Origin: an uncultured Clostridium sp.
GTDB taxonomy: Bacteria > Bacillota_I > Bacilli_A > RF39 > UBA660
Direction: 5' to 3'
Length of the DNA stretch: 64,000 bases
Assembly (NCBI GenBank): GCA_905193755.1
Contig: CAJJPX010000001.1
Span: 142,550 to 206,549, forward strand
In this document: positions 20,704 through 30,696 of the stretch, in pieces
How positions within the stretch are numbered: the stretch's first letter is position 1
Layout: each line of letters opens with the position of its first letter
Notes under the pieces: model-generated
Databases searched by the model: none
What the model saw: the letters and a program-made list of their open reading frames with translations, nothing else
Told to the model about the DNA's origin: nothing
Made by a program: the position numbers and the translations under genes

Positions 20704-23211
20704 CTACTTTTTCTTCTTAAACTTTATTAAATTTTTATGATAAAAAACTATATATATAATAATACCTACTAAACTCATTATAAGTCCTAAAGTTTTAAAA
20801 GGAGCTCTATATTCTATAACTATATTATGTTTACCCTTTTCTAATTTAAAACCTACATACGCAGTATTCACTTGTTTCTTATTAACTATCTTACCATCAA
20901 CTTTTATTTTAAAACCTTTATCATATGGAAGTGTTGTTACGAAGTATCCGTCTTTCTCTGTTTCAACACTTGCATATATTTTATCACCCTTAGTTTTATC
21001 ACTAATGTTTACTTCAGTTACTTTATCTTTAACATCTTTAATATCATCATAATCCATATAATATATTTTAAGATTATCTATCTTATACATTCCTTTAAAG
21101 AAACTAACTTCCACTTTATTAGATGTATCTCCACTTATAACATAATTAAATGTAGTATTACCATTATAATATTTCCATTCTTTACATGTTAGTTTATTTA
21201 AGTTACCATTTATAGTTATACCTAAGTCCCCTACTTTACATGATTGAGGAGTTAAATCAAAACTAACAAATAATATTTTATTACGAGCATCTTCTGGTAC
21301 ATCTATAAGCATTCTACTGTTATTCTTTTTAACTGTTATACTATCTCCATTATTTACAATGCTAGGATCCATATACTTAATATCACTTTGTCTAATAAAA
21401 GTTTCTTTAATTTTACTATCGAATTCATTATTAGTTTTTTCATTCACAACTACATTATTAAGTATTACTTCATTATTATATGGAAACTTAAGTTTACCAT
21501 AATCTTTTTTACTATAATAGTTATAACTTACATACATAAATGGAAGAACATCTGCGTTTTCATATAACGAAGTATTTCCAATACTATCAATTTTCTTATA
21601 ACCAGTTATATCTATATCATCCCCAATAAAATATCTATTATTTGAAAACATCAAATACATTAAATCTTTATTAGCACTTATTATCAATCTATTTCTAGAT
21701 TGCATAGGTACTTCTAAAGTATTAAACATAAATATATTATAGTTTGAGTTTCCAGTAGATGAATATATATAATCAGAATATATATTTAGGTTACCATATA
21801 TATTATTAACATTCTCTAATTTTAGATTATATAAAGTTGTATGATTATACCCTTTAGGTACTTTCTTAACTAATGCTTCTTGATTCTTATTTTCATCATT
21901 ATATATATCATTCTTATTAACAAGAGTATCTTTATTATTAGCTCCACAACTATAAACAACTAAAACTACTATAGTAAATATTTTAAGTAAGTATTTAGTT
22001 TCTACTTTTATACTAAGTATTATTACTATTAAAGTAATTATAAAATCTAAATAGAAATAATTTACATAACTACTTTCACCAATATATATTAAAAACAAAG
22101 TCATTATCGAAGCAATTAACAACTTCTTTATATCTATCTTCTTATCATATATTTTCTTAAACATAAGAGTAACTACATATACATATAAAGGCATAAAAGG
22201 TATTAATACTTTAGCATCTATATACATAATACCATTAAGTAAATAATTTATTATGGGAAATACTATTAAACTAATTAAGCTAATAAATAGAAATCTACTC
22301 TCACACTTTTTATCAAGTAATAACACTATCAAACCAATTAATGAAAATGATGTAAGACCCACTCCATAAGAATGATACATTAAATATTTAACATTTATTC
22401 TAGGAACTATCAAATCCTTTAAGTTTATACTTATCTCATTTGGAAGTCTTCCATTAATTATTGCATAAAACGTTGGTACTAATAAAATACTAGTTATAAG
22501 AATACCAATCATTATAGGTATTAAAAACTTAATACCATCTACCACAAAAATCTTAAAAGTAATCTTTTTATTTAAAGTTATGTATTTATAAACACCATAT
22601 ACTATTATTGCTAATATGGCAGGTATACTATAATAGTAACTCATAAGTATAATAAGTATAACTGATATACAAAGTAATCTTCCATCACTCTTTTCAAAAT
22701 ACTTATCTACTCCAATTAAAGCAAGTATTAAAAATGGCATATAATTCATAAACATAATATGTCTATGTGAATGAAACAATAACGGAGTCGCAGTCATAAA
22801 CACAATACTTCCAAGTAAACACACATCATTACTAAACTTATTATGTTTTAAGAAATAATAAAATAATATAACACTACTATATGCAAGAATAATACTACTT
22901 ACTTGTATATAACTTTTCATACTTATAAATGGAAATAAATAAGAAATAATTATAACAGGATTAAATAGTCCATAATAACTATAATTATATATATTTTGTC
23001 CACTACCTAAATTTAAAGCAAAATCCGGAAATATATTTAATGTTTTATAAAATAAACTTCTAAAATATTCAGGAATTACAGAATGTTGAGTATTCCAATC
23101 AAGTATGCTTCCATATAAAGTATTATTTCTTAATATAAAAACTATTATACCTATAAATATAACAGTAATAATTATTAAATTAATTTTATCCTTCTTATTA
23201 ATTTTTTCCAT
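20704..23211 (-). CDS. YfhO family membrane protein (putative glycosyl-transfer/flippase-type)
   Basis: 835 aa. N-terminus ...GSILDWNTQHSVIPEYFRSLFY, about 13 TM segments, and a large C-terminal extracytoplasmic domain with a terminal TM segment. Confidence 0.85.
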   Translation of the reverse strand: MEKINKKDKINLIIITVIFIGIIVFILRNNTLYGSILDWNTQHSVIPEYFRSLFYKTLNIFPDFALNLGSGQNIYNYSYYGLFNPVIIISYLFPFISMKSYIQVSSIILAYSSVILFYYFLKHNKFSNDVCLLGSIVFMTATPLLFHSHRHIMFMNYMPFLILALIGVDKYFEKSDGRLLCISVILIILMSYYYSIPAILAIIVYGVYKYITLNKKITFKIFVVDGIKFLIPIMIGILITSILLVPTFYAIINGRLPNEISINLKDLIVPRINVKYLMYHSYGVGLTSFSLIGLIVLLLDKKCESRFLFISLISLIVFPIINYLLNGIMYIDAKVLIPFMPLYVYVVTLMFKKIYDKKIDIKKLLIASIMTLFLIYIGESSYVNYFYLDFIITLIVIILSIKVETKYLLKIFTIVVLVVYSCGANNKDTLVNKNDIYNDENKNQEALVKKVPKGYNHTTLYNLKLENVNNIYGNLNIYSDYIYSSTGNSNYNIFMFNTLEVPMQSRNRLIISANKDLMYLMFSNNRYFIGDDIDITGYKKIDSIGNTSLYENADVLPFMYVSYNYYSKKDYGKLKFPYNNEVILNNVVVNEKTNNEFDSKIKETFIRQSDIKYMDPSIVNNGDSITVKKNNSRMLIDVPEDARNKILFVSFDLTPQSCKVGDLGITINGNLNKLTCKEWKYYNGNTTFNYVISGDTSNKVEVSFFKGMYKIDNLKIYYMDYDDIKDVKDKVTEVNISDKTKGDKIYASVETEKDGYFVTTLPYDKGFKIKVDGKIVNKKQVNTAYVGFKLEKGKHNIVIEYRAPFKTLGLIMSLVGIIIYIVFYHKNLIKFKKKK

Positions 23212-23311
23212 AACAAATCACAACAACATTTTACATAAATACACATTAAAAGTCAAATTATATATCTTTATTAAACACTTTATATATGTTAAAATTAATA
23301 TGGTGAAGTAA

Positions 23312-23551
23312 ATGAAAGATAAGTTAACTTTTAAATTAAACGAAGATGGTATAGATAAAGAATATTTTATTATTAAGATGTTTACATACAATAATAATGA
23401 CTATATGATTTATACTGAAAATAATGATACTAAAGATGTATATGCTGCTAAATATGAAATTAAGAATGATGAACTTAAATTATACGAAATTGAAACTGAT
23501 GAAGAATGGAATCACATTGATAGCATATTATCTAATATAGGAGAAGACTAA
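23312..23551 (+). CDS. DUF1292 (YrzB/UPF0473-like) small acidic protein
   Basis: 79 aa with the pattern DG.DKEY.I...F...N.DYMIYTE......VYA.KYE......L.EIETDEEW..I. Confidence 0.6.
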   Translation: MKDKLTFKLNEDGIDKEYFIIKMFTYNNNDYMIYTENNDTKDVYAAKYEIKNDELKLYEIETDEEWNHIDSILSNIGED

Positions 23552-24867
23552 TGAATGCGATAAGATTTGTAGTAGATGATAATGATAGAGTAATAAAATG
23601 TATATTTTCTCATGATATTTATGAAGAAAGATTTAGACCAATTAAAATGGAACCAAGAAGACTAAACATTTTAGTTAAACTATTCGCAGAAGAATATCAA
23701 AAACAAATAGATGAACAAATTAATAAAAATAATATTATTTTGTCTTTTTATGACGTAGATGATAATACTCTAACAGAACTTGAAAGAATGAGTAAAGAAT
23801 ATGAAAAAAGACTAGAAAGAATTAGAGAAAAAGCAAGAATTGAGAAACAAAAAGAAAAAGCTAATGTAGATTACACTTGTGATAAAGAACATATAAAAGG
23901 AAAAAATAGAACTGTAACAAGAAAAAGAAGAAAAGTAAATCCTGTAGTTGCAACTATTTCAGCCCTAGCCTTATCGACAGTCATATTATTAAGTTCAGTT
24001 TCAAAAGCAACTTCAGATAATATAGAAATAACAAATGAACCAACTATTGTATATGCACAAGATATAGATGAAGATATTAATAAAGAATTTAATACACAAG
24101 AATCTACTGAAAGTGATACAACTCAAACAACCACAAACATAGAACCTCAAGAAGAAACAACAACCATAAATGAATCTCTAGTCCATTATGAAGCACTAAA
24201 AGAACCTATAAATCCATTTGAAATTAATACAGAAGATTTAACTACATCAAATAAATATTTAAATTGTAAAGAAAAATACTACGATTTAATAGAACGTTAT
24301 TCTAATCAATACGGAGTAGATCCAATGCTTATGTTAGCAATCGCTACTCAAGAAAGAGGAGAACATTCAGAAATAGTCGAAGACAATGGAGGGCTTGGAT
24401 TATTTCAAGTACAAATAGAAGGTGGCTGGAATTGGGATAATAAAAGTGTAACTGTATTTAATTATGAAACAAATCAAAACGAAACAGTAACCATTACAAA
24501 AGATACAGCAAGAACACTTGAAGGTAACGTAAAATATGCATGTGTATTATTTCAAAATGCTCTTAAAGAACAAAAATACAATATACCAAGAGCCATTCAA
24601 AGTTATAATTATGGAACAAGCTATATGTCAAGTGTTATGAGTGCATGTCAAAATAACACCGGTCTTTCTAAAGAAGAACTAAGTGACCCAACTAATTTAA
24701 TTTGGATTAACTATAGAAATGTAGTTGGAGGTGGAGATCCAAGATATTTAGAAAATGTCTTAAGATACTTACCAAATGAAACAAAAATAGAAATGAAAAA
24801 ACCTGATGGCAAAATAGTCACTATGACATATGAAAATCCATCACTAGAAACAAATATAACAAGATAA
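23551..24867 (+). CDS. membrane-anchored lytic transglycosylase (SLT/GH23 domain)
   Basis: Cytoplasmic N-terminal ~130 aa, one TM segment, a T/E/Q-rich linker, then SLT motifs LAIATQERGEHS, GLGLFQV and SYNYG. Its start overlaps the upstream stop (TAATG). Confidence 0.75.
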   Translation: MNAIRFVVDDNDRVIKCIFSHDIYEERFRPIKMEPRRLNILVKLFAEEYQKQIDEQINKNNIILSFYDVDDNTLTELERMSKEYEKRLERIREKARIEKQKEKANVDYTCDKEHIKGKNRTVTRKRRKVNPVVATISALALSTVILLSSVSKATSDNIEITNEPTIVYAQDIDEDINKEFNTQESTESDTTQTTTNIEPQEETTTINESLVHYEALKEPINPFEINTEDLTTSNKYLNCKEKYYDLIERYSNQYGVDPMLMLAIATQERGEHSEIVEDNGGLGLFQVQIEGGWNWDNKSVTVFNYETNQNETVTITKDTARTLEGNVKYACVLFQNALKEQKYNIPRAIQSYNYGTSYMSSVMSACQNNTGLSKEELSDPTNLIWINYRNVVGGGDPRYLENVLRYLPNETKIEMKKPDGKIVTMTYENPSLETNITR

Positions 24868-24900
24868 AAAAATACTTAAGCAAGTCTTAAGTATTTTATT
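24866..24900. terminator. bidirectional terminator
   Basis: aatacttaag (24871-24880) / cttaagtatt (24886-24895), with A-run and T-run flanks. Confidence 0.5.
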
Positions 24901-25198
24901 TTAATTCTAAAGTTTTATCTTTCTTAGAAAGTGTATTTTTAACTTCTTTTATTCTATCATATGGAACAACTACTATATCATATTCCCAAGCATATAAGTC
25001 ATCATCTAAAGTATCAATAACACAAGATCTAAATATAACTCTCTCTTTTAAGTTAGTCGCAAATGTTTCTCCAGATTTAGTATAATAACACATTCTAGAA
25101 ATAAGAGCATCCTTAAGACCACTATCACTTATATGTCTTACTAAACATAACTTTGATATCTCTTCATACTTTTCTTCTGATAATTCTAAATATTTCAT
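24896..25198 (-). CDS. hypothetical protein (100 aa)
   Basis: ORF track entry. GGGAGG precedes the ATG. No family recognised. Confidence 0.45.
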   Translation of the reverse strand: MKYLELSEEKYEEISKLCLVRHISDSGLKDALISRMCYYTKSGETFATNLKERVIFRSCVIDTLDDDLYAWEYDIVVVPYDRIKEVKNTLSKKDKTLELK

Positions 25199-25360
25199 AA
25201 AACCTCCCTATATATTTAAATCTTCTAAATCTTTAAATATCTTTTTAATTTTTTTATCTCCAAAATAATGAAAACTATCATCATACTTACATTTTAATGT
25301 TATTAAATTATAAGTAAATAACTTTATCATTATAATTCATACAATCACCCAACAATAATA

Positions 25361-25437
<77 letters not shown>

Positions 25438-25476
25438 ACAACACTATTGTAACACTAAAAAAGACTAGATACTAGT

Positions 25477-25965
25477 CTAAATTAATTTATAAAAAGATAA
25501 AACTGCATAACATACATTAGCTTTTATTTCATATCTAAAAAACTCATAAAAACTAACTAACTTATCACATATACTTACTATCTTAGATTCTTTATACTTA
25601 GGCTTAACTCTAGTAATTGGATACATATGAGTAAGTATTATATCCTCTTCCATTTCATTTATCTCAAAGAATCTTGATGCATTATTTAATGCTTCTTTTG
25701 GATGACTCCTTAAGAAATCTCTATATCTACTATCAGTTTTATTTATATCATCAAGAGTAAAAAAGTCATGCATTAGAGCACCTCTAGTACATGATATATA
25801 ATCAAGACCTAATCTATATGAGATAAAAAAACTCATCTTTGCTACTCTATTAATATGATTGAGTCTATTATCCCCATGATGCATAATAGACTTTAACTCT
25901 CTAAATTTATTAACACTATAAAACTCACTATATATTTCATAGTATAATCCTTTTCTATAATTCAT
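25477..25965 (-). CDS. HD-domain phosphohydrolase
   Basis: H..NH..RV (LNHINRVA), ALMHDFF (the HD dyad), and a downstream TH..P. Confidence 0.7.
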   Translation of the reverse strand: MNYRKGLYYEIYSEFYSVNKFRELKSIMHHGDNRLNHINRVAKMSFFISYRLGLDYISCTRGALMHDFFTLDDINKTDSRYRDFLRSHPKEALNNASRFFEINEMEEDIILTHMYPITRVKPKYKESKIVSICDKLVSFYEFFRYEIKANVCYAVLSFYKLI

Positions 25966-25989
25966 TTTTTATTACCACACCTTATTTTT

Positions 25990-26361
25990 TTAAATCCATC
26001 TAGGAATATACAAATTTCTTGTAAATCCTTCCATATACTTGTCATACTCAGCTAATATAGTTTTAACTATAACACCTATAACATCAGTCTCCCTTTTAGA
26101 AACTTTTAAAGACGTTAAAGCATTAGTTAGCATAGTTTTAAATTCTCTATCATCTATATATCTAAGTACAGCCTTATTTAAATTACTAACCCTCTTTAAT
26201 TCATTTTTATCTTTAATATTTATTTTGAATATATATGTTTGAAAAATAGTTATTATTTTATCAGTCATATAATCAAGTTCAGTAAATTCTTCATTTATTA
26301 TTCTATAATAATCAGGACAATATTTAAGAATAACTTTGTTATCTAAATAACTATTTTTCAT
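25990..26361 (-). CDS. hypothetical protein (123 aa), abutting the rseP stop
   Basis: ORF track entry. Its start codon is immediately adjacent to the rseP stop (26362). No family recognised. Confidence 0.45.
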   Translation of the reverse strand: MKNSYLDNKVILKYCPDYYRIINEEFTELDYMTDKIITIFQTYIFKINIKDKNELKRVSNLNKAVLRYIDDREFKTMLTNALTSLKVSKRETDVIGVIVKTILAEYDKYMEGFTRNLYIPRWI

Positions 26362-27423
26362 TTATTTCACCACAAGTCTAACTATATCATTAAATGTTAC
26401 ATATAACATTAATAATATCATTAATAAAAATCCTATATAATTAAGCATTATTTCTAACTTTTCACTTGATTTCTTTTTAGTTATTTTTTCTATTAATAAT
26501 ATAAGTACACGACCACCATCAAACACTGGTATAGGTACTAAATTAATAATAGCAACATTTATACTTAAATAAGCAGTTAAATATAATAGTGTATTAAATC
26601 CTTGTGACTTAACATTATCTACTAAAGAATATATTCCAACTGGTCCACTAAGACTCTTAACTGGAACTTCTCCAGTTAATAAATTTCCTAATATTTTAAA
26701 TATTGTTTTAAAGTTTGTATAGAAACCTTCAAATGCATAAATAAATGCATTTTTAAATCCTTTATAGTATGTTGTTCCACTTGATTGAATACCAAACACT
26801 TTTATTTCTTGTCCTTCAACCTCTTGAACTTCTGGAACTAAACTATATTCTTTAACTTCTCCACTGCTCTTTTCAATTTTAAATATATATTCGCTTTTTA
26901 ACTTTTTAGCAGAAGCTTCAAGCAAGAAGTCATCCCAAGTATTAATTTTAACACCATTTACTTCAAGTATCCTATCTCCACTCTCTATGCCTGCTTTTTG
27001 TGCAGCCATACCATCCACTACATTTTGAATAACTGGTTCACTAATAGGTCTTCCATAAAATAAACCACTTATAAAAAATAAGAATATTGCTAAAATGCAA
27101 TTAAATAAAATACCATTTATTAAGACTAATAATTTTCTACCAAAACTTTTATTCTCAAGTACTTGATTCTTCTTAATTTTTTTATTATTAGGTTCTTCCT
27201 TTTCAGCCATAGATACAAATCCACCAATTGGAAAAGCTCTAAGTGAATAAGTTGTCTCACTTTTTTTAGGCTTATATTTAAGTAACTGAGGTCCCATTCC
27301 CATAGAGAACTCGTCTATATAAACTCCACCTTTTTTAGCCGCAATAAAATGTCCAAATTCATGGACAATTATTATTACACTTAAAATTATAAATAATATA
27401 AGTAATGTTATCAAGAAATTCAT
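26362..27423 (-). CDS. rseP: site-2 protease RseP/RasP (M50 family, one PDZ domain)
   Basis: HEFGHF in TM1, a PDZ segment (AAQKAGIESGDRILEVNG), and NLVPIPVFDGG. Confidence 0.9.
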   Translation of the reverse strand: MNFLITLLILFIILSVIIIVHEFGHFIAAKKGGVYIDEFSMGMGPQLLKYKPKKSETTYSLRAFPIGGFVSMAEKEEPNNKKIKKNQVLENKSFGRKLLVLINGILFNCILAIFLFFISGLFYGRPISEPVIQNVVDGMAAQKAGIESGDRILEVNGVKINTWDDFLLEASAKKLKSEYIFKIEKSSGEVKEYSLVPEVQEVEGQEIKVFGIQSSGTTYYKGFKNAFIYAFEGFYTNFKTIFKILGNLLTGEVPVKSLSGPVGIYSLVDNVKSQGFNTLLYLTAYLSINVAIINLVPIPVFDGGRVLILLIEKITKKKSSEKLEIMLNYIGFLLMILLMLYVTFNDIVRLVVK

Positions 27424-27433
27424 ATGTTACCTC

Positions 27434-28231
27434 CTAGAAGAAAGCTATCGCAAATGTAAATGCTAACATAGCAAATAATAAACTATCTACTCTATCTAAT
27501 ACTCCACCATGTCCAGGCATAATATTTCCATAATCTTTAACACCATATTTTCTCTTAACTGATGAAAAGAATAAATCACCAAATTGAGCCATAATAGATA
27601 AGAAAAATGATAATACTATCACACTAAACATATGAGCATCTACTTTAACAAATGTCATAAAATACATAAAACCTATAAAAGTACCAAAGAATGTACCACC
27701 TAAAGCACCTTCTACTGTCTTATTAGGAGAAATCTTAGGACATAATTTAATTTTACCTAACTTAGTACCAAAGAAATGAGCAAATGTATCAGTTAAGAAT
27801 GTAACTAACATAACATAAACAAAATACTCTAAACTCATATTTCTAATAGTAATTAAGAAATTAAATGCAGTTCCTAAAAAGAATACTCCACCTAATAAAT
27901 AGAAAGCATCATCAGCATCATATCTCTTTCTATCTGGATACAATAGTAATGGTAATAAACATAATAGAATTGATAATGTCAAATATCTATAATCAATTTT
28001 AAATATATATGTATTATTAACCGCAGACATCATAAGTATAACAAATGCAGCCATTGATAAACATTTAATAAGAACTGGTATCTTCTTATCTTTTTCACGT
28101 ACTTGTAAGAACTCATTAAAACCAATTACTCCTATTACACATGCTCCTATATAAAACCAATAACCACCTAAAATTAATAATGGTACTACAATAATCAAAG
28201 CTACTATAGCACTTATCACTCTCTTTTTCAT
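27434..28231 (-). CDS. cdsA: phosphatidate cytidylyltransferase
   Basis: SVKRKYGVKDYGNIMPGHGGVLDRVDS signature. Start moved to ATG 28231 (MKKRVIS...) behind GGTGA. Confidence 0.9.
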   Translation of the reverse strand: MKKRVISAIVALIIVVPLLILGGYWFYIGACVIGVIGFNEFLQVREKDKKIPVLIKCLSMAAFVILMMSAVNNTYIFKIDYRYLTLSILLCLLPLLLYPDRKRYDADDAFYLLGGVFFLGTAFNFLITIRNMSLEYFVYVMLVTFLTDTFAHFFGTKLGKIKLCPKISPNKTVEGALGGTFFGTFIGFMYFMTFVKVDAHMFSVIVLSFFLSIMAQFGDLFFSSVKRKYGVKDYGNIMPGHGGVLDRVDSLLFAMLAFTFAIAFF

Positions 28232-28319
28232 ATACTTCACCATAACAATTATATCACGTATAAAAGACATACACAATATTAAAAAGTAATTCATTATCAA
28301 ATGAATTACTTATTATTAA

Positions 28320-28894
28320 TTAGTCTTTAATGTAAAGTATCCAGGACTACTAGTTCCTCCATCTACTCTAGCATATGTTTTATCTAAGTTATCATCTTGA
28401 GAATAAGTTTTATTATCAAATTTAACAGTATACTCTTAAGTTGTACCTGGTTCTATATATTCTTTTTAATATTACCAGTAGTTACTGTATTACTAATAGG
28501 AACCGCTCTATAGATTTTATCACACGTTCCACTTTCAGTTTGATTAGTTTCTCCATAATTTATATAACTCTTACATTCTAATGTTACATGAAGTTCAAAG
28601 TTTTCAATAGTGTTTATTAAGTTTCCCCAGTACAAAGAATACTTTGCATCTTTTGTACCAGCATTATTAACTGTGATTACTTTTGATACTGAATCACCAG
28701 GCACTGCATCCACTAACTTTAACTCAGTATCATCTTTGTAAATAAGTCTTAAATCTCCAGTAGACATAGTTATTTCTTTAGGCTTACCATCTATTTCTAA
28801 ACTAAAATAAGCATATGAATATCCCACTATTGATAGAATTATCATAGTAATTAATGATATCAACATAATTTTAATTATATTAGTATTTTTTCAT
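28320..28894 (-). pseudogene. disrupted SipW-type-signal-peptide / TasA-camelysin-like secreted protein
   Basis: The intact middle ORF (28453-28866) reads ...SIVGYSYAYFSLE..PGDS..ITVNNAGT.DA.Y. The SD GGTGA serves an upstream ATG (28894) that is out of frame by 1 nt across an A6 run. At the 3' end the reading frame continues only after another frameshift (A5 run) and an in-frame TAA. Confidence 0.5.
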
Positions 28895-28960
28895 ATTTTC
28901 ACCATAAATATTTTAACATTTTCTAGTTCAAAATAAAAGATATATATTTCTATATATCCA

Positions 28961-29680
28961 TTATTCTTCACATAATTTCTTTACTGAATCTTCATTATAT
29001 ACAAGTGTCGAATCTTTATATTTACCACACCATTTATCATCTAGTTTTAACTTAAAATAGTTTTTACTACAACTGCCATCATTATATCTAGTGAAGTATT
29101 CTACTCCATCTCTATATTCCATGCAATACACTCTATCAGTATATTCTTCTTCATAATGCCAGTCATATTTATCTTTAACTTCTACAAATTCAGGAAAAAC
29201 AACAATATAATTATCATCATTAACCATCAATTCATTTCCTTTAGAATCTAATTTCTTTTTATAAACTAATCTTCCATAAGTATCAGCAACATAAACTGCA
29301 TCTTCTACTTCTTCATCACTTTTCATTGCTTCAACCATTTCACTTGTATATATACCATTCTTAGTAACTAATTCTAAATCTTCTTTTTTAATTTTAATTC
29401 CAGACGAATTAGTATAATACCCATCAACATATTCATAACTCTTAGAACATATTGCATCAGGATCATCATAACCACCTAATATCACAGCTTTACTATCTTT
29501 ACAATACCAAACTTTATAAAAAGGTGCATTATATACTATAAAATCTTTTTCATCTTTCTTTAAAGAAAATTTAGGTACTTTATTATTAGTTTTGACAAGA
29601 AAATAATCAATATAAGCAAGAGCTGATAAAATAACAAGTAATGTAAAAACTATTATAAATATTTTCTTTATCAACTTCAT
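28961..29680 (-). CDS. hypothetical membrane-anchored/exported Cys-containing protein (239 aa)
   Basis: ORF track entry with an N-terminal hydrophobic anchor. AAGGGAG precedes the ATG, 21 nt after arcB. Confidence 0.5.
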   Translation of the reverse strand: MKLIKKIFIIVFTLLVILSALAYIDYFLVKTNNKVPKFSLKKDEKDFIVYNAPFYKVWYCKDSKAVILGGYDDPDAICSKSYEYVDGYYTNSSGIKIKKEDLELVTKNGIYTSEMVEAMKSDEEVEDAVYVADTYGRLVYKKKLDSKGNELMVNDDNYIVVFPEFVEVKDKYDWHYEEEYTDRVYCMEYRDGVEYFTRYNDGSCSKNYFKLKLDDKWCGKYKDSTLVYNEDSVKKLCEE

Positions 29681-29701
29681 TTTAAAACTCCCTTACTTTA
29701 T

Positions 29702-30694
29702 TTAATCTTTAAGTGTTGCATACATAACTGCTTTAATAGTATGCATTCTATTTTCTGCTTCATCAAATACTACTGAGTGTTCACTTTCAAATACTTCATT
29801 AGTAACTTCCATTTCAGGAATACCAAATTTATTATTAATGTCTACTCCAATTGAAGTATTTTGATCATGGAATGATGGCAACGCATGCATAAATATTGCA
29901 TCTTTTTTAGCCATATTCATTTTCTTCATATCGATTTGATATGGTTTTAATAAGCTAATTCTCTTTTCCCATATTTCATCTGGTTCACCCATAGATACCC
30001 ATACATCAGTATATATTGCATCTGCTCCGTTAAGTGCTTCTTCTACATCTTCTGTTTGAGTTATTGTACATCCATTCTTTTCTGCAATAGCTTTTGCTTT
30101 CTTAATAATAGATTCATCTCCCCATAACTCTTTAGGTCCACAAGCAACAAAATCTACTCCCATTTTAGCACTCATAACTAATAATGAATTAGCTACATTA
30201 TTTCTTGTATCACCTACAAATACTAATTTTAGACCCTTTAAATGACCAAAATGTTCTTCCATAGTCATAAAGTCAGCTAAAACTTGTGTTGGATGGAAAG
30301 TATCAGTAAGACCATTCCATACAGGAACTCCTGAATACTTAGCTAAATCATTAACTGATGCTTGTTTGAATCCTCTAAATTCAATACCATCATACATTCT
30401 TCCAAGTACTCTAGCAGTATCAGCAATACTTTCTTTCTTACCAAGTTGACTACCACTTGAATCTAAATATGTAGTATGCATACCTAAATCATAAGCAGCT
30501 ACTTCAAATGAACATCTAGTTCTAGTACTAGTCTTTTCAAATATTAATGCAATATTTTTACCTTTTAAATATTCATGACTTACGTGATTATGCTTTTTTT
30601 CTTTAAAATCTTTAGCTAAATCTAATAAGTATCTAATTTCTTCTTCCTTAAAATCAAATATTTTTAAGAAACATTTTCCTCTTAAATCAACCAT
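29702..30694 (-). CDS. arcB: ornithine carbamoyltransferase (catabolic context)
   Basis: [17 protein letters not shown] and DVWVSMGE are present. The canonical HCLP motif reads HALP here. The gene is adjacent to arcA. Confidence 0.9.
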   Translation of the reverse strand: MVDLRGKCFLKIFDFKEEEIRYLLDLAKDFKEKKHNHVSHEYLKGKNIALIFEKTSTRTRCSFEVAAYDLGMHTTYLDSSGSQLGKKESIADTARVLGRMYDGIEFRGFKQASVNDLAKYSGVPVWNGLTDTFHPTQVLADFMTMEEHFGHLKGLKLVFVGDTRNNVANSLLVMSAKMGVDFVACGPKELWGDESIIKKAKAIAEKNGCTITQTEDVEEALNGADAIYTDVWVSMGEPDEIWEKRISLLKPYQIDMKKMNMAKKDAIFMHALPSFHDQNTSIGVDINNKFGIPEMEVTNEVFESEHSVVFDEAENRMHTIKAVMYATLKD

Positions 30695-30696
30695 TC

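Noticed and set aside
17046-23311. Assorted short track ORFs antisense to the AI-2E, recD2 and yfhO genes (17046-17228, 20183-20371, 20872-21192, 23105-23311). The same applies to 26039-26242, 33420-33665, 37785-37988, 40424-40618, 40932-41156, 57758-57943 and 60053-60238.
   Set aside because: All are nested in, or antisense to, longer ORFs with recognisable families. They have Ile/Phe/Leu/Ser-rich compositions expected from AT-rich non-coding frames.
25208-25330. 40-aa minus-strand ORF (MIKLFTYNLITLKCKYDDSFHYFGDKKIKKIFKDLEDLNI) between tRNA-Arg and the 100-aa gene.
   Set aside because: It has no SD upstream of its ATG. It is short and cannot be distinguished from a chance ORF.
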